From an uncultured bacterium (lineage in GTDB: Bacteria; Chloroflexota; UBA5177; JANWHV01): DNA of 64,000 nt. This document shows, piece by piece, positions 60,880 through 64,000 of this stretch (within the stretch, counting starts at the first letter, position 1; every line of letters starts with the position of its first letter). The DNA lies in assembly GCA_963827235.1 (NCBI GenBank), contig CAWHAE010000016.1, forward strand, positions 896,001-960,000, read 5' to 3'. The position numbers and the translations under genes were made by a program. The notes below the pieces were generated by a model, which had not been told where the DNA came from, did no database searches, and worked only from the letters and a program-made list of their open reading frames with translations.

Positions 60880-62022
60880 CTACCGCAAAGAACGGTAGAA
60901 AGCCCGCAGGTCTTCCACCAGCAGCTCGGGCTCCTCCAGCGCGGCAAAATGTCCGCCACGTGGCATCTGGGTCCATCTCTGGATACGCAGGCTGCGTTCC
61001 GCCCACTCACGTGGCGGCAGCCCTATATCCTTAGGGAAGAGAGCGACTCCAGCCGGAACCTCAATGTGCTGCCCAGCTTTTAGTGGTGGCGACATACGCA
61101 CATTCTCGTAATACATGCGGATGGATGAATTGATGGTTTCAGTCACCCAGTAGATCGTGACATTGGTCAGCAGATCATCCCTGCTGAAACGCCTTTCCAC
61201 GTCTCCATCGCAATCACTCCACGTACGGAACTTCTCTACGATCCAGGCGGCCAAACCAACCGGAGAGTCGTTCAAACCATACGCGAGTGTTTGTGGCTTG
61301 GTCGAGTGCTGTAGCGCATACGCGCCCTCTTGCATGCGCCATTGCTGGACAGCATGGAGATACTGCTTCTCAGCGTCGGATAGGTCAGGTACTTCAGAAC
61401 TCAACGGAAGGCCATTGTCTATGAGGTGGATGCCGACAAGCAATTCAGGATGTGCTACGGCCAGGAGTCGCGTGACGCCGCTACCTATGTCTCCTCCGGC
61501 AGCAGCAAAACGCCGATAGCCAAGTACCTCGGTCATCAATCGCGCCCACAATGTAGCCGTGTGAACATTGTTCATGCCGCGCTCGTGCGGACGATCAGAG
61601 AAGCCAAATCCCGGCAGAGAGGGCACGATGACATCGAACGAATCGGCAGGATCGCCACCGCAGGTGGCAGGGTCAGTCAGCATGGGGATGATCTTGTGCA
61701 TGCGAAAGAACGAATCGGGCCAGCCGTGCGTCAAGATAAGCGGCAGCGGGCAGGGCCCTTTGCCGTGCTCATGAATGAAGTGGATACCAATACCGTCGAT
61801 GTCGGCGCGAAAGTGGGCAAAGCGGTTGAGCCGTGCCTCCTGAGCTCGCCAGTCGAAGTCGTCGCGCCAGTAGTTCACCAGTGTTCGTAGATACGCCCTG
61901 TTCGTGCCATAGGCCCACCCCGCGTCGATCACCTCGTCCGGCCAACGCGTGCTGTCAATCCTGTGCCTGAGATCGGCAAGTACTTGGTCGGGCACCGCGA
62001 TGCTGAATGGCTGGCCGTCCAC
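60880..62022 (-). CDS. Epoxide hydrolase (EHN + alpha/beta hydrolase)
   Basis: FDWRAQEARLN, THGWPDSF, PSLPGFGFS, GGDIG, GGHFAALEEP; GGAGG RBS before GTG 62022. Confidence 0.93.
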   Translation of the reverse strand: MDGQPFSIAVPDQVLADLRHRIDSTRWPDEVIDAGWAYGTNRAYLRTLVNYWRDDFDWRAQEARLNRFAHFRADIDGIGIHFIHEHGKGPCPLPLILTHGWPDSFFRMHKIIPMLTDPATCGGDPADSFDVIVPSLPGFGFSDRPHERGMNNVHTATLWARLMTEVLGYRRFAAAGGDIGSGVTRLLAVAHPELLVGIHLIDNGLPLSSEVPDLSDAEKQYLHAVQQWRMQEGAYALQHSTKPQTLAYGLNDSPVGLAAWIVEKFRTWSDCDGDVERRFSRDDLLTNVTIYWVTETINSSIRMYYENVRMSPPLKAGQHIEVPAGVALFPKDIGLPPREWAERSLRIQRWTQMPRGGHFAALEEPELLVEDLRAFYRSLR

Positions 62023-62119
62023 AGGTACCTCCAATGCGTGCAACACCAGTATTCGTCTATAGCGGTGTTGTACCAGATGCACGCGCCAATTGCAACTGGT
62101 TATCCTGTACACTGGTGTC

Positions 62120-62740
62120 GTGGAACACACTGACAGAACGCTGACCGACGCAGTGACGCCACCGGCCTTGCAACGCGTCGAGGCATTCCTCAATACACTT
62201 GACGAGCGCAGCTTCGTGCGACGTGGGCAGCGTCACCTGGGCGGGGACCTGCTGGCCAGCGAGGAGGCGCTCGCCGGGTGGCTGGGGGCACGCGGCTTGC
62301 TGCGTCCGGGCGAGCCGGTGGACCGCGACAGCTTCGCGCTGGCGCTGGCGTTGCGGCGGGCATTGCGCGGGGCGCTCGCGGCCAGGGCCGGACATGGCGC
62401 CGATTCCGAAGCTGCCGCCGTGCTGGAGTCGCTTCCCCTCTGTCTCGGCGTGGACCCGTCGGGCACGGTGCGCTTGCGCCCGCTGGAGGAAGGCAGCGCC
62501 CGCGGAGCGATCGCCAGCCTGGCTGCGGAAGTGGCGAATGCGGTGGCCGCGGGAACGTGGAGCCGGCTCAAGATGTGTGCCAGCGCGGACTGCCGCTGGA
62601 TTGTCTACGACGGCTCACGCAACGGGCTTGGCCGCTGGTGCGCTATGGGCTCATGCGGCAATAGAGCCAAGACCCGTACCTACCGCCGGCGGCGGACCAC
62701 ATCCAGCGCTCCGGCAAACAGGCTGCCCTCGTCGATCTGA
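62120..62740 (+). CDS. ABATE / CGNR zinc-finger protein
   Basis: FLNTLD...; RLKMCASADCRW..YD.SRN...RWCAMGSCGNRAK. Confidence 0.9.
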   Translation: MEHTDRTLTDAVTPPALQRVEAFLNTLDERSFVRRGQRHLGGDLLASEEALAGWLGARGLLRPGEPVDRDSFALALALRRALRGALAARAGHGADSEAAAVLESLPLCLGVDPSGTVRLRPLEEGSARGAIASLAAEVANAVAAGTWSRLKMCASADCRWIVYDGSRNGLGRWCAMGSCGNRAKTRTYRRRRTTSSAPANRLPSSI

Positions 62741-62931
62741 CTGCAGGGGTGCGGTGGTCGACCGCGAGCCCCCAGCCAGAGCGGCTGGGGGCTGCTGGAG
62801 AGGCTTGGGCCGGGGCTAGAAGGGCCTCGGTGCTCGGCGAGACTGGTAGACCAGATTGCTCGCCCGGTCGCCATGCAGGCCGTCTGGACTACCCAAGTGA
62901 AGCACGGACCTCCGGGGAGGGGCCAGCGTCA

Positions 62932-63864
62932 TCATGCGGATGGGCCCTGGAAGTAGTGGCTTTGGTCGAGATCCTCGACGAGCCCGAGATGCGTCGGCTG
63001 CCACCCCATGAGCTCTCGGGTCAGGGCGCTCGAGGCCGGACTGTCGATCCCGAGGAAGGCTGCCAGGAACCCGAAGTGCTCGCCCGCGTCCTCGTGAGCG
63101 ATAGAGACCACCGGCACTCTCAGGTGGCGGCCGATTACCTCGGCGACGGCGCGGATCGGCACGCCCTCGTCCGCGACCGCGTGCAGTACCGTTCCTGCCG
63201 GGGCCGCCTCCACTGCCAGACGGAAAAGGCGCGCGGCATCGAGCACGTGCACGGCGGGCCAGCGGCTTGACCCGTCGCCGATGTAGCCGGAGACGCCCTT
63301 GCGTCGGGCGATGCCGACCAGGGTCGCCACGAAGCCATGGTCTCCGGCACCGTGTACCGTCGGGGGGAGGCGCATAACGGACGAGCGGACGCCGCGGGAC
63401 GCGAGGGCGAGCGTCACGTGCGCGGTGCCCAGCCGGGTCGCCGGACCGCCCAAGTTGACCATCGCCGGGTCGGGACTCTGTCCGTCCGCTTCGGTCGCTA
63501 CGCGTCCAGATGCTATCCCAAGCGTCCCCGAGGCGATCACGAACGGTCGATCGGAACCTGCGAGCGCCCCACCGAACGCCTCGACGGCGCGGCGATCCGC
63601 GTCGGCCGCGCCCTGGAAGTCTCCCGAGAAAGCGATGTCGTGCTTGAACGCCAGGTGGATAACGCCGTCCGACGCGACCGCTGCATCGTGCAGGCGGTCG
63701 AGATCGTCCAGCGTGCCGCGCTGGACCTCAGCCCCGGCGGCGACGAGGGCCTCGGCCGCCGCCTCCGAGCGGGCGAGACCGACCACCTGGTGGCCCGCGC
63801 CGATCAGCGCAGGCACGACGGCGGAGCCAATCCAGCCGGATGCGCCGGTCACAAAGACACGCAT
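62932..63864 (-). CDS. NAD-dependent epimerase / extended SDR
   Basis: MRVFVTGASGWIG, GVIHLAF, RLPPTVHG, WPAVHVLDAARL. Confidence 0.92.
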   Translation of the reverse strand: MRVFVTGASGWIGSAVVPALIGAGHQVVGLARSEAAAEALVAAGAEVQRGTLDDLDRLHDAAVASDGVIHLAFKHDIAFSGDFQGAADADRRAVEAFGGALAGSDRPFVIASGTLGIASGRVATEADGQSPDPAMVNLGGPATRLGTAHVTLALASRGVRSSVMRLPPTVHGAGDHGFVATLVGIARRKGVSGYIGDGSSRWPAVHVLDAARLFRLAVEAAPAGTVLHAVADEGVPIRAVAEVIGRHLRVPVVSIAHEDAGEHFGFLAAFLGIDSPASSALTRELMGWQPTHLGLVEDLDQSHYFQGPSA

Positions 63865-64000
63865 CTCAGTTTCCCTCCGTGACTATAAGGGCGGTGTTCG
63901 TGACACGCGGTCCGGCGCCGGCAGGGCCGCTGCTGAGCGAGGCGATCGGGCGCCGCACCCCGACCCGTCCTGCGGTGAGGGCGATGCCGGTGTGATAGAC

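Overview
GC-rich bacterial DNA, probably Chloroflexota (inferred from a DUF6788-BTAD-NB-ARC-TPR regulator, two short proteins of types I associate with Chloroflexi, and a GAAC-N4-GTTC-type SOS box). The first ~30 kb look like one large locus. A sugar/carbonyl-chemistry gene set (AGE-family epimerase, GlgX, GMC oxidoreductase, TPP enzyme, two DJ-1/PfpI, VOC, five SnoaL/NTF2 genes) is interleaved with signalling genes: a CHASE2 adenylate cyclase, MBL hydrolase and cNMP receptor; a partner-switching module with no sigma factor in the window (2 STAS, pseudo-receiver-PP2C, RsbW-like kinase); and an Arg-Walker-A MinD/ParA ATPase with a small neighbour. Two HAMP sensors have no catalytic output and share a conserved C-terminal tail. 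Two paralogous secreted FecR-domain proteins flank the main operon. The remainder holds secreted glycoside-hydrolase-like genes (one behind a candidate c-di-GMP-I-GGC variant riboswitch), a patch of gene remnants, a TetR/SDR/AKR unit with visible operators, ppa, a SARP/STAND regulator, a tRNA-like element with a CUA (amber) anticodon, a LexA-boxed recA-like/imuB/DUF6504 cassette without dnaE2, an ABC-F and an epoxide hydrolase. Several isolated frameshifts may be sequencing errors. All calls come from reading motifs by eye; no database search was run.
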